From assembly GCA_965116475.1 (NCBI GenBank), contig OZ220691.1:896001-960000 (forward strand): 64,000 nt of DNA, in the 5' to 3' direction. The position numbers and the translations under genes were made by a program. This stretch comes from Gemmatimonadota bacterium (GTDB taxonomy: Bacteria > Gemmatimonadota > Gemmatimonadetes > Palauibacterales > Palauibacteraceae). Of this stretch, positions 62,275 to 64,000 are shown piece after piece. The notes under the pieces were generated by a model that did not search any database, had not been told where the DNA came from, and saw only the letters and a program-made list of their open reading frames with translations. The stretch's first letter is position 1; each line of letters begins with the position of its first letter.

Positions 62275-64000
62275 TCACGGTGGGGCGACCGTCACTTCGC
62301 GGGTGCCCGGGAGAACCTCGACGCGCTGGACGGCGGCGCCGGGCCACCGGACTTCGACGGCCACGGGGTCGCCCCACAGCCCCATGATCTGCACCGGGTC
62401 GTCGTGGGAGCCGGTCCCGGATCCGGCCCTCACTTCGCGCGCGGGGCCGAGGAGGCCGTCGGCGTACACGACGCGCAGGACGGCCCCGATTCCATGGCGG
62501 TTCTCCGCCGTCCCCGCGACGCGGACCCGCAGGCCGGGCGAGGTTCCGGCGCCGCGGAACAGTCGCGCCGCGCCGCCGTTGATCCCCAGCACGAAGTCGA
62601 GGCGGCCGTCGCCGTCGAGGTCCGCGGCCGCGGCGCCGCGCTGGTCGCCGTAGGCGGCGACCCCCGACTCCTGCCCCGGGACCGGGCGGAACCCGCCGCG
62701 CCCGTCGCCCTCGAGCCACAGCCCCCGCCCCGCGTCGTAGCGCGGCGTGTCCTCGTCCGTGGCGTAGAAGTTCTGGGACAGGAACAGGTCCTCGCGGCCG
62801 TCTCCGTTGGCGTCCGCCACCAGGACGCCGAGCGAGGGGGCCCGCTGCGCCTCGCGCGGCAGCGGCGCCGCCTCGAAGCGGTCGCCCCGGTTCAGGAACA
62901 CCGTGTGCCGCAACTCCGCCGCCTCCAGCCGACCCTCCGGCCAGGCGCCGAGCGCCTCGCCGACGTCCGCCTCGGCGTAGGCCGCCCGCGTCGGCATGCG
63001 CCCGCCCACCGGGGGGATGTGCTCGGCGAGCCGGCCCAGCGCACCCAGCGGCGCCGACGCGCCGAGCCGCTCGTCCCGCTGCGCCTCGATCAGGTCGAGG
63101 GTGCCGTTGCGGTCCACGTCGCCGAAATGGAGTTCCAGCGGGGCCCCGGGCGTCGGGCGGTACTCGGTGTTGTCCCCCCACGAGACCGCGACCAGGTCCG
63201 GACGCCCATCACCGTCGAAGTCGCCCGCCGACACGCCGTTCCAGCGCCCGGGGTACTCGCCCAGCCCCATGGCTTCCGTGACGTCGGAGAACCGCCCCCG
63301 ATCGTTTCGCAGCAGCCGGACGGGGCCCCACTCGATGGAGAGTGCGAGGTCCGGATCGCCGTCCGCGTCGTAGTCCGTGAACACGGCTCCGGTCACCATG
63401 CCCAGGCGCTCGAAGACCGCCGTGTCGCGCCGGTCCTCCTCGAAGCCGCCGCCGGGGCGGCCGCGGAAGACCCGGGAGGGCCCGGAGAGCGGGTAGCCGC
63501 CCGGCACGACCCGCGCGCCCGCGAAGAGGTCGAGCCGTCCGTCGAGGTCGTAGTCGGCGACGGCGAGCGGGCCCGCCGCGGCCGATGACCCCGGTGCGAC
63601 GCCGCGGTTGAGCGGGGTCACCGCGACGCCCGCCATGGCGCCCGCGGGCCACGCCGCCGACACCACCGCCGGCACCTGCGTCACCTCGGCCGGCGGCGCC
63701 TCGTAGCTGGACAGCCCGAGCAGCACCCGGGCCGTGTCCGCCACCGGGAGCGGGATCACCGCCGTCTGGTCGACGGGCGCCCGCGGCCCGGCGAGCGTCA
63801 CGCGAACCAGCCGGCCTCCGTCGTTCCGGAACAGGACGGGCGCCGCGTTCGCCCCCGACCCGATGAGCAGGTCGGGGTCCCCGTCGGAGTCCAGGTCGTG
63901 CCACGCCACGCTCGGCCCCATCCGGGACAGCCGCAGCGGGAGGAGCGGCTGCCGCGCCACCTCCGCGAACGGCGGCTCGTCGTGGATGGGCCCGAAGCTC
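62275..64000 (-). CDS. FG-GAP/VCBS-repeat protein with C-terminal ASPIC/UnbV domain, 5' end outside window
   Basis: Repeated D-x-D-x-D-G-x-x-D-L motifs; NRHGIGAVLRV...VEVRWP. Confidence 0.88.
   Translation of the reverse strand, partial: SFGPIHDEPPFAEVARQPLLPLRLSRMGPSVAWHDLDSDGDPDLLIGSGANAAPVLFRNDGGRLVRVTLAGPRAPVDQTAVIPLPVADTARVLLGLSSYEAPPAEVTQVPAVVSAAWPAGAMAGVAVTPLNRGVAPGSSAAAGPLAVADYDLDGRLDLFAGARVVPGGYPLSGPSRVFRGRPGGGFEEDRRDTAVFERLGMVTGAVFTDYDADGDPDLALSIEWGPVRLLRNDRGRFSDVTEAMGLGEYPGRWNGVSAGDFDGDGRPDLVAVSWGDNTEYRPTPGAPLELHFGDVDRNGTLDLIEAQRDERLGASAPLGALGRLAEHIPPVGGRMPTRAAYAEADVGEALGAWPEGRLEAAELRHTVFLNRGDRFEAAPLPREAQRAPSLGVLVADANGDGREDLFLSQNFYATDEDTPRYDAGRGLWLEGDGRGGFRPVPGQESGVAAYGDQRGAAAADLDGDGRLDFVLGINGGAARLFRGAGTSPGLRVRVAGTAENRHGIGAVLRVVYADGLLGPAREVRAGSGTGSHDDPVQIMGLWGDPVAVEVRWPGAAVQRVEVLPGTREVTVAPP

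Overview
High-GC bacterial chromosomal region, mostly housekeeping. Gene content and style suggest Gemmatimonadota, possibly a host/sponge-associated lineage; this is inference only. Core blocks: thiC with a TPP riboswitch; leuB; an M28 peptidase-ytxH-smpB-amidase-pyrK-pyrD-amgK/rapZ fusion-murU-quinone oxidoreductase operon; a DUF58-BatA-mfd-surA-pdxA-ftsEX-envC-holB-moaC-nucleotide sugar dehydrogenase operon; mltD; guaB; a UDP-sugar epimerase plus PPTase; glnA; large NAD-glutamate dehydrogenase; and an imuB / imuB-C / dnaE2 mutagenesis cassette. Five small toxin-antitoxin-type insertions and several secreted repeat or lipoproteins are interspersed. Signals missed by the ORF track: (1) a UGA-recoded Rdx/SelW-family selenoprotein (CxxU) with a bacterial SECIS-like hairpin at 51221-51439; (2) an FGE/C-type-lectin protein whose C-terminus resembles a DGR variable region, with no RT or template in the window; (3) a beta-propeller plus ubiquitin-like (GG) gene pair preceded by a 3x21-bp palindrome array; (4) a candidate SOS-type operator at imuB; (5) several apparently leaderless genes and probable CUG starts. 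No tRNA, rRNA, CRISPR array, transposase or integrase was recognised.
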